IMG/VR virus record: IMGVR_UViG_3300025723_000025 | DNA from: an uncultured virus (IMG/VR IMGVR_UViG_3300025723_000025) | Taxonomy: Duplodnaviria > Heunggongvirae > Uroviricota > Caudoviricetes | Reading direction: 5' to 3' (one strand) | DNA: 20,834 nt | Shown here: piece after piece, positions 1 through 8,394 of the stretch | Layout: each line of letters begins with the position of its first letter | Numbering within the stretch: position 1 is the stretch's first letter | Translations under genes and position numbers: made by a program | Notes under the pieces: generated by a model | The model's input: only the letters and a program-made list of their open reading frames with translations | Databases searched by the model: none | Told to the model about the DNA's origin: nothing

Positions 1-333
1 CATGCATATAACCCCGGCAGAGCTGACAAAGTCCAGCGGCTATCGATCGTGGCGAACATCATCAAAGCAGGCCGAGTGTGGGTGCCTGAGTCATCAGTAC
101 GCAGGGGATTTGTAAGAGACTGGGCCGAGGGCATGGTCAGTCAGATCTGCTCCTTCCCTGAAGGCACAGCTCATGACGAGTTCGTCGACTGCATCAGCCA
201 AGGGCTCCGCTATCTGCGTGATGCCGGGTGGATCAGTATCGATGCACCACCAAGAGAAGAGATTGAACAAGAGGACATTTCTGATGCAGAGATCTACAAT
301 AGTCGTGGTAGAGAGAACCCTTATTCAGCATAG
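1..333 (+). CDS. terL: Terminase large subunit, C-terminal nuclease domain (5' partial)
   Basis: Frame +1 is open from base 1 (HAYNPGRADKVQRLSIVANIIKAGRVWVP...FPEGTAHDEFVDCISQGLRYL). The 'DK..R...G.V' and 'FP...HD..VD...Q.L' signatures match the TerL RNase H-like C-terminal domain. It lies upstream of the portal. Confidence 0.9.
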   Translation, partial: HAYNPGRADKVQRLSIVANIIKAGRVWVPESSVRRGFVRDWAEGMVSQICSFPEGTAHDEFVDCISQGLRYLRDAGWISIDAPPREEIEQEDISDAEIYNSRGRENPYSA

Positions 334-336
334 CAA

Positions 337-365
337 TACTAATTAAATTAGTAAGGGAAAACCCT
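337..365. promoter_or_regulatory. Two adjacent inverted repeats (TACTAATT-A-AATTAGTA; AGGG-AAAA-CCCT), possible operator or hairpin
   Basis: Perfect 8-bp inverted repeat at 337-353, followed by a 4-bp stem at 354-365, in the gap after terL. Function is inferred only. Confidence 0.35.
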
Positions 366-373
366 AGGAAAGG

Positions 374-601
374 ATGAAGATGAGTGATGACTACATGTAC
401 TACAAAAAAGACCACGAGACGTACGAGCGAACGCTCTATCTCGATGGGGTTCGATGTACTGTCAGAAACAATAGCTTCGAGATCAGCGTCCAAACCAACA
501 CCGAAATTTGGGAACAACTCGCCGTCCAACAACTCAGAGAATGGATCAAGTGGAGAAAAGAGCAAGCGGAGTTGCGAGAGTCTCGGAGTGTGCCAAGGTG
601 A
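374..601 (+). CDS. Small hypothetical protein (75 aa; start may be 380)
   Basis: ORF fills the gap after terL, has an upstream GGAAAGG RBS-like sequence, and has protein-like composition. Confidence 0.65.
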   Translation: MKMSDDYMYYKKDHETYERTLYLDGVRCTVRNNSFEISVQTNTEIWEQLAVQQLREWIKWRKEQAELRESRSVPR

Positions 602-607
602 TGGGCG

Positions 608-636
608 TTGCCCTAATTGCCCTCCCATAGCATAAT
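608..636 (+). promoter_or_regulatory. Putative sigma70-type promoter
   Basis: TTGCCC (608-613), 17-nt spacer, CATAAT (631-636), upstream of the probable GTG start at 665. Confidence 0.4.
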
Positions 637-664
637 TACACTATTACTCAAATTGGATACTATC

Positions 665-3289
665 GTGCCCGACAAGTTACCCCCACACATTCGTGCTCAG
701 ATCGAAGACTTCAAGCGTAAAGCCACGCACAACGAAGCACTGAGTAAAGAATACCGGGACAAGTACGATCGGACGCACACACCTAACCAACCGACCTATG
801 AGCAATGGCTCAAGGACAACGGTAAGCAAAGAATGGCTAAAGGCGGCACCGCAGACCTAAAAGAGATGCGTGAATACATCCTCCAGCGTGAAGGCACCCA
901 TGGGGCAAAACGTCTAGAGCGTGCCGCTGATGAGATACCCAACCTTGAGAAGATGTATCACACTGATGCCCTAAAGAGTGCGTTTAGTGGTGACAACGCT
1001 AGAGCTGTAGCTACCATTAATCCCAAAGACTTTGAGAAGTACGCCATGCCACTTCCCATGAGTTTGGCTAATGACAAAGCTTATTTTAGAGATAACGCTC
1101 GTAATCCTACTATGCGTGAAGCATTTATGGCATCAGGTCTGACCAATGAACAATGGCACGAATTGAGCGATGTGCAAAAAATGGACGTGTTTAATGCATT
1201 CAGTAAGAAGCATTCTAAGATGCGTGTCAATCAGCCTATGGACTATGACCAGTACATCAAGCACTTGGCAAAGCTTAAGGGTGGATTCTCTGACGTGCCA
1301 TTCCTGCAATTAAACAAGCAGGAGCAAGGATTGCCTATCACGCCCCACATCAGTGGGCATGAAGGCCGTCACCGTAGCCGAGCTCTCGCATCCAAAGGCG
1401 TAAATAAATCTTTGGTACAAGTCCACCCACGAGCTGAACTGCGTGAACCATTCCCTCGTCGTAGTCATGAGGAGTACATTGATGCATTGCGTAAAGAAAT
1501 GGCAATGACTGGAAACATGGTTCGCCCTGAAGATGAAGACATCTATGGCTCAGGACAGATCAAGACAGTTAAACGCCCACCGATTCAATTGCCTGACCTC
1601 TATGCAGGAGGCGGCGACGTACAAGGAAAACCTATGAATACCCCAACACTGGCACAGATGCGTCATAGCATCAACACCCATGGCAATCCTGAAATCATGG
1701 ACAACATTGGTATCAATGAAGCCATGGACATGGATCCCAAGATCTTTGTTAGTCCTAACCCACACGATTCAGGAGTTCCTGCAACAGGTGGCGTAGCTGA
1801 TAGCCATGGCCTGCCAATTGGTGGAGTAGATACCAATAACATGCAACCCGGACAACAGTTAAACCCACAAGATCCTAGTCAACAGCAACAACCCGGTCAG
1901 GCACCACAAGCTGGACAGCCTCCAGCTCCCGGCGGTATGCCTACAGGTGCACCCGGTGGAATGCCAAGTGGCCCAACACCTCCTGAAGGCAATATGCTGT
2001 CTATGACTCCTCAAGGTCAGACCATGCAAGCTATGCAAGGTGACCAAGGCCAGCAACAACAGCAACAGCCACAGGGATTAGCAGAAGGTGGACAGCCTAA
2101 GCGTATGTTCAAAATCCAAACAGCTCATCAACATGAGGCGAGAAAAGAACCTGAGTTCACGCCCTATGAGCCAAAAGACATCAGCATTAAGAAATTGGCA
2201 CGAGCATTCGATGAGGCAATAGCTCACCACAGGAGCCTGCCAAACGAAGAGCGGATCATGAATAGCTTCAATGCCGCACAGAAGCTGGGCAAGATTATTG
2301 GCGTGAACCCTAACGGAATGACTAAAGACTTGCTGGGTAAGAATGCCAAGTTGCTCAAGACCGAGCAAGGCAAAGTAGAAGAACTCAAGCTTCCTGATGG
2401 ACGTGGCGTAGAGACTACTGGTTTGGCCTTGGCTCCAGCGTACGAAGAAGAAGGATTTACCACCTGCCCTAATTCAGCATCCTGTAAGAAAGAGTGCTTG
2501 GGTAAGACATCGGGCAACTATCATAAGCTGGGTGGCGGTGCTGACCTTTCCGAGTTCAAAGGCCCACGTTTGAACAGTCTAAAGAAGACTCAGGCGTTCT
2601 TGCATGACCCACATTCATTCGCAGTACGTCTACACGATGAGATCCAAGCCGCTAAAGAGATGGCTGGAGCAAACAACAATCACCTAGGCGTACGCTTAAA
2701 CGTACTATCGGACATCAACCCACGAGTACACAAGTCTATTATCGAAGCACACCCTGACGTTACCTTCTATGACTACACCAAGAACAACACTAATCCGATA
2801 GCACCGAACCACCATTACACCTACTCTTCTACTGGTGTAAGCCAAGAAGGCGTAGAGAATCCAAACACCAACTGGAAGCAGATGCGTAAGCGTCTAACTG
2901 GTGGCGACAACGTAGCCATGGCATTTAGCCACAAGGGCCACATTCCTGAGACTGTTCATGATGAAGAAACAGGCCAAAAGTTCCGAGTAATCAATGGTGA
3001 CACCCATGATTTCCGTCCGATGGATCTGCAACCGGAAGGGAAACATGGAGTTATTGTTGGTCTTAAGAACAAGAAAGCAACTGGTAGAATGAACGAGGCT
3101 CATATCGATTCACAGGGATTCTTTGTTCACCATGATCCTAAAGAAAAGATTGTGCTCAATAAGAGTGGTAAGCCGATCTATGCAAGAGATGCTAAAGGCA
3201 AGACCATTGCACAGAATAAAGAAGTACGGATCAAGCCACAGTATGAAGAAATGAAACTGGCTACTAATGATGATGGGGATAAAGTATGA
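665..3289 (+). CDS. Large modular protein: short N-terminal module, ParB/Srx-like module, P/Q/G-rich linker, Gp88-like Cys-cluster module
   Basis: Likely start is GTG at 665 after GGAT (the ORF track starts at TTG 617). 'ISGHEGRHRSRAL' (core at 1358-1375) resembles the ParB G-x-HR motif. The C-terminal part has CPNSASCKKEC, VRLNVLSDI, FYDYTK, HYTYS, NVAMAF, GDTHDFR and VIVGLK, typical of phage Gp88-like proteins. Confidence 0.75.
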   Translation: MPDKLPPHIRAQIEDFKRKATHNEALSKEYRDKYDRTHTPNQPTYEQWLKDNGKQRMAKGGTADLKEMREYILQREGTHGAKRLERAADEIPNLEKMYHTDALKSAFSGDNARAVATINPKDFEKYAMPLPMSLANDKAYFRDNARNPTMREAFMASGLTNEQWHELSDVQKMDVFNAFSKKHSKMRVNQPMDYDQYIKHLAKLKGGFSDVPFLQLNKQEQGLPITPHISGHEGRHRSRALASKGVNKSLVQVHPRAELREPFPRRSHEEYIDALRKEMAMTGNMVRPEDEDIYGSGQIKTVKRPPIQLPDLYAGGGDVQGKPMNTPTLAQMRHSINTHGNPEIMDNIGINEAMDMDPKIFVSPNPHDSGVPATGGVADSHGLPIGGVDTNNMQPGQQLNPQDPSQQQQPGQAPQAGQPPAPGGMPTGAPGGMPSGPTPPEGNMLSMTPQGQTMQAMQGDQGQQQQQQPQGLAEGGQPKRMFKIQTAHQHEARKEPEFTPYEPKDISIKKLARAFDEAIAHHRSLPNEERIMNSFNAAQKLGKIIGVNPNGMTKDLLGKNAKLLKTEQGKVEELKLPDGRGVETTGLALAPAYEEEGFTTCPNSASCKKECLGKTSGNYHKLGGGADLSEFKGPRLNSLKKTQAFLHDPHSFAVRLHDEIQAAKEMAGANNNHLGVRLNVLSDINPRVHKSIIEAHPDVTFYDYTKNNTNPIAPNHHYTYSSTGVSQEGVENPNTNWKQMRKRLTGGDNVAMAFSHKGHIPETVHDEETGQKFRVINGDTHDFRPMDLQPEGKHGVIVGLKNKKATGRMNEAHIDSQGFFVHHDPKEKIVLNKSGKPIYARDAKGKTIAQNKEVRIKPQYEEMKLATNDDGDKV

Positions 3290-3516
3290 TCAAGAAGACT
3301 AAACTAGCCGTCGAAGACTTTTACCATCAGTTCCATGGTCATGAGCACCACAACGATCCGGGCACCTATAACAAACCTGAGTGGCATGAAGTAAAAGGAC
3401 GTGGTAAGCATCGTGGTTTAGACCTGCGTGCCCTTCGCAATACCAAGATTAGGGGCACGAAGTTGGCACAGACTATCGAGCAAATGCGTCAAGAACTAAT
3501 GAAGAGAGCTAAATAA
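3286..3516 (+). CDS. Small basic His-containing hypothetical protein (76 aa)
   Basis: ATGA overlap with the upstream gene and TAATG overlap with the portal, indicating translational coupling. Confidence 0.75.
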   Translation: MIKKTKLAVEDFYHQFHGHEHHNDPGTYNKPEWHEVKGRGKHRGLDLRALRNTKIRGTKLAQTIEQMRQELMKRAK

Positions 3517-5969
3517 TGGCAGACGATATTAACATTGACGAACAAGATGATGGCTCTGCATTCGTTGACATGCCCAGCATGGATACTGAAGAGCAAGCTG
3601 ATGGTTCAGCAATCATTGAGTTAGATGATGGCCCTGAATTCAATCCTGAGTTCTATGACAACTTAGCAGATACAGTCGATGCTGGTACATTGGGAGATCT
3701 AGTATTTCAATACATGGATCTATTGGAAAGCGATAAACAAGCTCGTGAACTAAGAGATAAGCAGTATGAAGAGGGTATTAAACGGACTGGTATGGGCAAT
3801 GATGCCCCCGGAGGTGCGACCTTTATGGGTGCTTCTAAAGTCGTGCACCCTGCTATGGCTGAAGGATGCGTTGACTTCGCCGCACGAGCAATTAAAGAAA
3901 TGTTCCCACCGGATGGCCCGGTCAAATCCAAGATCATTGGTAAGCAGGATGACCTCAAAGCGGCGGTAGCAGAACGCAAGGTCGACTACCTTAACTGGCA
4001 GATTACCGAGCAGATCGAAGAGTTCCGGGATGAGCAAGAACAGCTCCTGACTCAGCTACCACTAGGTGGCTCACAGTACTTCAAGCTTTGGTTTGATGAG
4101 GATAAGAAACGCCCATGCGTTGAGTTCTTGCCTATCGACCGAGTGATCCTGCCTTTTGCGGCAACAAATTTCTATACCGCTCAACGTGCGGCTGAAGTCC
4201 ACGAGATTACTACCTATGAATTTGAGCGTCGTATCAGATCCGGTATGTATCGTGACATCAGCTACGCAAAAGCGACTGAGAATTTAGAAGAGGGCAAAGT
4301 AGCCCAAGCCAACAACAAGATTGAAGGCAAACAATACGAATCAAACAAAGATGGCCTGCGTAAGGTCTATCACATCTATACATGGTTGGAGCTAGACGAC
4401 GATAAATCCACTAAAGGTAAAAACGCCCCTTACATCTTGATGATCGACGAGCTCGATAACGAGGTAGTGGGCTTGTACCGCAACTGGGAGGAGTCCGATG
4501 AGACCCGAACTAAGCTTGATTGGATTGTTGAATTTAAATTTATACCTTGGCGTGGTGCCTTTGCTATTGGGCTCCCTCATCTTATCGGTGGTCTTAGTGC
4601 CGCTCTTACTGGTTCATTGCGTGCTTTACTGGATAGTGCACACATTAATAATGCGGCTACGATGCTCAAGCTCAAAGGAGCAAAGATCAGTGGACAAAGC
4701 CAGCAAGTAGACGTTACACAAATCGTAGAAATCGAAGGTGCACCCGGCGTGCAGGACATTCGCCAAATTGCGATGCCTATGCCATTCAATCCACCTAGTC
4801 AGGTTCTATTTGAGCTCCTAGGCTTCTTGGATAAGGCTACAAGCTCCGTAGTAACCACTGCTGAAGAGAAGATAGCTGACATCTCTGCAAACGCTCCTGT
4901 GGGCACTACACAAGCTTTGATTGAGCAGGGCTCACAAGTTTACTCATCGATCCACGCCCGACTCCATGAGTCACAAGCAAGGGTTCTTAAAATCCTTTGC
5001 CGACTCAATCGCTGGCATTTTGATGACATGCAAAAAGGGGACATTGTCTCCGACTTGGATGTAACTCGTGAAGATTTCTCCAAGAACACAGATGTGGTTC
5101 CTGTCTCTGATCCGCATATATTCTCCGAGACTCAACGGATGGCACAGTCACAAGCTGTGCTCGCCTTGGCTGAGAAGCATCCTGATCAGTTTAAGATGGG
5201 CCCAGTAATTGCCCGGTTCCTAAAGCAGATGAAGATACCAAACATCAATGAGATTATGGTTGACACTCCTGCTCCGGAACAACGTACCTCGGCAGATGAG
5301 AATGCGGCATTACTGATTGGACAGCCTGCCTATGCTTATATCCAGCAGGATCATATTGCTCACATTCAGGATCACTTGCAGTTTGCGATGAACCCATTCA
5401 TGGGCCAGTCACCATTTGCAGATCCATCCTATCTGAACAATCTGATCGAGCATCTCAAGCAACATATGACCCTTTGGTATCTCAACCGTTCCAATGGTTA
5501 TGTGCAAGAAACCACCAAGAAGCCTGTGGACGATTACGAGAATCCAAACTACACACCAATCATCGACAAGCTGTACACGACTGTTGGTGCCCATGTGATG
5601 ATGGACGTAACCGAAGTGATGGGTCAGTTTGCCCCATCGTTCCAAAAACTTATTCAAATGGCACAAGCCAAGAATGCACCTCCACAATTGCCACCTGATG
5701 CACAAGTGGTTAAGGACACTGCAACGGCTGAGACACAACGTAAGACTGCTAAAGATCAAGCTGATGCACAGATTGCACAGGCTAAGATCACAGCAGACGC
5801 ACAAAAAGCCGCTCTTGATAATCAAACCAAGATTGAAATTAAGAACGCAGAATTGACGCATCAAACGATACAAAATATCGCTAATGCTCAACCGCAGGCC
5901 CAACCGCCTGCACCCCCAGTAGCACCAACCCCTCAACAAGGAGAACCAAATGGCAACATCGTCGGATAA
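3516..5969 (+). CDS. Portal protein (P22-like podoviral type, long C-terminal extension)
   Basis: 817 aa, located between terL and the capsid genes. Motifs GASKVVHP..AE..V.F.ARA.KE.FP..GPVK, LPLGGS...K.W.D, F.FIP..G...IGL.HLIGGL and APVGTT.AL.E.G are characteristic of this portal group. Q/P-rich C-terminus. Confidence 0.9.
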   Translation: MADDINIDEQDDGSAFVDMPSMDTEEQADGSAIIELDDGPEFNPEFYDNLADTVDAGTLGDLVFQYMDLLESDKQARELRDKQYEEGIKRTGMGNDAPGGATFMGASKVVHPAMAEGCVDFAARAIKEMFPPDGPVKSKIIGKQDDLKAAVAERKVDYLNWQITEQIEEFRDEQEQLLTQLPLGGSQYFKLWFDEDKKRPCVEFLPIDRVILPFAATNFYTAQRAAEVHEITTYEFERRIRSGMYRDISYAKATENLEEGKVAQANNKIEGKQYESNKDGLRKVYHIYTWLELDDDKSTKGKNAPYILMIDELDNEVVGLYRNWEESDETRTKLDWIVEFKFIPWRGAFAIGLPHLIGGLSAALTGSLRALLDSAHINNAATMLKLKGAKISGQSQQVDVTQIVEIEGAPGVQDIRQIAMPMPFNPPSQVLFELLGFLDKATSSVVTTAEEKIADISANAPVGTTQALIEQGSQVYSSIHARLHESQARVLKILCRLNRWHFDDMQKGDIVSDLDVTREDFSKNTDVVPVSDPHIFSETQRMAQSQAVLALAEKHPDQFKMGPVIARFLKQMKIPNINEIMVDTPAPEQRTSADENAALLIGQPAYAYIQQDHIAHIQDHLQFAMNPFMGQSPFADPSYLNNLIEHLKQHMTLWYLNRSNGYVQETTKKPVDDYENPNYTPIIDKLYTTVGAHVMMDVTEVMGQFAPSFQKLIQMAQAKNAPPQLPPDAQVVKDTATAETQRKTAKDQADAQIAQAKITADAQKAALDNQTKIEIKNAELTHQTIQNIANAQPQAQPPAPPVAPTPQQGEPNGNIVG

Positions 5970-6117
5970 AGAGCAGAAAGGCATTGACGTGCGTTACCAC
6001 GCTCGTTTAGCCATGGGCGTTAAGCTCGATGGCACATCAATGCAACCTAAAGGTGGCAGTGAAGAATCAAAAGCAAAATCAGGTGGTCTTTCTCACGCAA
6101 GTAAGAAAAATAAATGA
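5950..6117 (+). CDS. Small basic protein (55 aa, MATSSDKEQKGIDVRYHARLAMGVKLDGTSMQPKGGSEESKAKSGGLSHASKKNK); absent from ORF track
   Basis: Strong RBS AAGGAG before ATG 5950. Overlaps the portal 3' end and has an ATGA overlap with the next gene. Confidence 0.75.
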   Translation: MATSSDKEQKGIDVRYHARLAMGVKLDGTSMQPKGGSEESKAKSGGLSHASKKNK

Positions 6118-6293
6118 TTGAGCAGTTGATTCACAGAGTTAAGATACGACAAGCAGAATTACAGTTGGCCCTAGCTTCAGGGTCACCTATAAACTGGGAA
6201 TCGTATCAAAGACTTGTCGGTGAGTATCAAGGGCTCCAAAAAGCCATGGATATGATCGACGAAATGTTGGACGAAGAAAAGAATCAAGATTAA
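6114..6293 (+). CDS. Small helical protein (59 aa, MIEQLIHRVKIRQAELQLALASGSPINWESYQRLVGEYQGLQKAMDMIDEMLDEEKNQD); absent from ORF track
   Basis: ATGA-coupled ORF with amphipathic helical pattern. The 'Y.R.VG...GL' motif resembles small proteins found between portal and GroES-like genes in similar phages. Confidence 0.8.
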   Translation: MIEQLIHRVKIRQAELQLALASGSPINWESYQRLVGEYQGLQKAMDMIDEMLDEEKNQD

Positions 6294-6299
6294 CCCCCT

Positions 6300-6338
6300 G
6301 CACTGAAAAGTGCGTATATGCATCTGAAATATGATGTG
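6300..6338 (+). promoter_or_regulatory. Tandem hairpins in the leader of the GroES-like gene
   Basis: GCACT-GAAA-AGTGC (6300-6313) and TGCATC-TGAAATAT-GATGTG (6319-6338) lie directly before the AAGGA RBS. Confidence 0.35.
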
Positions 6339-6349
6339 AAAGGAAAACA

Positions 6350-6811
6350 ATGAGTGAGCAACAACCTATTCCCACTATTGATGGGAATGACGGAACGCCT
6401 GATCCAACTGAGTTGGCTTGGGCCTTTCCTGATGTAAAGCCGGGACAGCGTCCTTTTGGCGGTCGAGTGATTATTCAACTGCGTCGTATTAAAAAAACCG
6501 CAGGCCGAATCATCATCGTAGATGAAACTAAAGAGAATGAGAAATGGAACAACATGATCGGTAAGGTCGTGGCTGTTGGCCCATTGGCATTCAAGAACAG
6601 AGACACTATGCAACCATGGGCTGAAGGCTCTTGGGCTGAAGTTGGTGACTATGTTCGTGTTCCTAGGTGGGGTGGTGATCGTTGGGAGCGTTTTGACCCA
6701 GCAGAAACTGACTCAGACTACAAAGAACCAGTTTTATTTATGACTATTAATGACCATGAACTGATTGCGGCAGTCACTGACGACCCGTTATCGTTCAAAG
6801 CCTACGTTTAA
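6350..6811 (+). CDS. groES: GroES/Cpn10-like co-chaperonin
   Basis: P.G.RVIIQ...KKTAGRIII, GKVVAVGP, VGDYV...GG and F.TIND.E.IA.V match the Cpn10 fold pattern. Carries an N-terminal extension. Confidence 0.85.
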   Translation: MSEQQPIPTIDGNDGTPDPTELAWAFPDVKPGQRPFGGRVIIQLRRIKKTAGRIIIVDETKENEKWNNMIGKVVAVGPLAFKNRDTMQPWAEGSWAEVGDYVRVPRWGGDRWERFDPAETDSDYKEPVLFMTINDHELIAAVTDDPLSFKAYV

Positions 6812-6821
6812 GGAGACCTAA

Positions 6822-7817
6822 ATGGCTGATACAAATCAAACAGAATTAGCACTAGACGCAATAGAGGCAGATGATGGCTCTGCGGTAGTGGAAGTCGACC
6901 CAAAATTGCTAACTCCGGAAGAAAATACCGAGCAAAATGGGTTTGAGAGAGCAAAAGAAGGTGGAGAAGTCACAGATCCTGCTGACGAAGACCACGAAGA
7001 CGACAATGAAGAGCTCAGAGCGGCTAAACGCAACCGTCGTCGTGCCAAAAAAGACTTGGTTCGCAAGACAAATCAAGAAAAAGACGCACGATTACAGATG
7101 CTTCAGCGTGAAAACGAAGAATTTAAGCGTCGTTTGAACCAATTGGAGCGTAGCACCAAGACCGAAGGGCTAATTCGTATCGATAAGAACATCGAAGACG
7201 CTCAAACTCGCTTGGAATACGCAAAAATGAAGATTGCCGAGGCCACACAGAACGGTGATGGTCAAGGAATGGTAGAAGCACAGACTTTGATGCAGAACGC
7301 ATCAGAAGAAGTACGCCATTTAAACAATCTACGTTACCAAGCTGACAAAGAACTCAAGCAACGTCCTCAACAAAACAACCAACCTGCTGTAGATCCTGAT
7401 GCCGCACGCTTGGCACAGCAATGGATGAGGAAAAACTCTTGGTATAACCCACAAAACAATGATGCCGATAGCCGTATTGCTAAACGTATCGATGATTTGA
7501 TGGCGGCAACCAATTGGGATCCAGCAGATCCTGATTATTGGGAGGAATTAGATAGCCGTTTGCAAAAAGAATTACCTCATAGATATAATGGAAACAATGA
7601 CGACGATTCCCGTAATGTCAGACGACCAAGGAATGTTGTGGGGAGTTCAGGAAGAGAAGCATCAGCCGCCTATGGGGGATCTAATCGCTCCCAGTTCGTA
7701 CTATCGCCTGATAGGGTGAGAGCTATGAAGGATGCTGGAGCTTGGGAAAATCCTGAACGTAAAGCTAAGATGATTAAGCAATTTATTGCTTATGATCGTG
7801 CAAATCGAAACAACTAA
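6822..7817 (+). CDS. Probable capsid scaffolding protein
   Basis: Acidic N-terminus, long coiled-coil middle, 'W...N.W' and 'DYW.ELD.RL...PH' motifs, basic C-terminal helix. Located between portal and MCP. RBS AAGGAG. Confidence 0.7.
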   Translation: MADTNQTELALDAIEADDGSAVVEVDPKLLTPEENTEQNGFERAKEGGEVTDPADEDHEDDNEELRAAKRNRRRAKKDLVRKTNQEKDARLQMLQRENEEFKRRLNQLERSTKTEGLIRIDKNIEDAQTRLEYAKMKIAEATQNGDGQGMVEAQTLMQNASEEVRHLNNLRYQADKELKQRPQQNNQPAVDPDAARLAQQWMRKNSWYNPQNNDADSRIAKRIDDLMAATNWDPADPDYWEELDSRLQKELPHRYNGNNDDDSRNVRRPRNVVGSSGREASAAYGGSNRSQFVLSPDRVRAMKDAGAWENPERKAKMIKQFIAYDRANRNN

Positions 7818-7834
7818 TCTAAGGGGAATACATT

Positions 7835-8377
7835 ATGGAATCACGTTTAAAAAAATCTTTGAATGCTGGTGGTCGCCAAGACCGTTCAAATGGGGAAGCA
7901 AGCCACACAGCACCCGAAGAGAAGTTCATTTCAACGCAGGAACGTAAAAATATGTGGAGCGAGGAATGGACGCAATCAGCATTGCCCAAACTACCCAGTA
8001 TGGACGGGTGGCATCTTTGCTGGCTCTCAACAACCAACAGTTATGATTCAATCGATAAGCGGATTCGCTTAGGGTACGTTCCAGTTAAGTCTGAAGAGTT
8101 ACCCGGCTATGAAGATTACCGAGTGAAGTCAGGTGAACATGTTGGATATATCTCATGTAACGAGATGTTACTGTTCAAGTTACCAATGGAAATTTTCCAA
8201 GAGGTCATGACTCATATGCATCACGATAAACCTCGTGAAGAAGCAGATAAGATCAAAGTCCAGTTGGAAAGCCTCCAAGGTCGTGACAGTCACGGTCGTT
8301 CATTAGTTAGCGTTGAAGGCGAAGGTATGGGTTCTATTGATCAGCAACCAACCAAATTGCCTGTATTTTCAGGCTAA
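7835..8377 (+). CDS. Conserved hypothetical head-module protein (180 aa)
   Basis: RBS AAGGGG. The 'LP...GW..CW........I..R.R.GY.PV' and 'LL.K.P.E' pattern resembles proteins at this position in related head modules. Confidence 0.75.
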   Translation: MESRLKKSLNAGGRQDRSNGEASHTAPEEKFISTQERKNMWSEEWTQSALPKLPSMDGWHLCWLSTTNSYDSIDKRIRLGYVPVKSEELPGYEDYRVKSGEHVGYISCNEMLLFKLPMEIFQEVMTHMHHDKPREEADKIKVQLESLQGRDSHGRSLVSVEGEGMGSIDQQPTKLPVFSG

Positions 8378-8394
8378 CTTTTAGGAGAATTGAT

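Noticed and set aside
384..635. Alternative + frame ORF ending in C..DGRCPNCP
   Set aside because: It overlaps the better-supported 374-601 ORF, has S/N-rich off-frame composition, and its 3' end covers the putative promoter.
617..664. TTG start at 617 for the large modular protein
   Set aside because: It has no RBS and overlaps the promoter-like sequence; GTG at 665 is more plausible.
1840..2075. CAA/CAG-rich stretch as a DNA repeat array or CRISPR
   Set aside because: It is explained by Gln/Pro-rich coding sequence; there are no fixed-length repeats with spacers.
6298..6316. CIRCE (HrcA operator) upstream of the groES-like gene
   Set aside because: GCACT...AGTGC resembles the CIRCE arms, but CIRCE is TTAGCACTC-N9-GAGTGCTAA; both spacer and flanks disagree.
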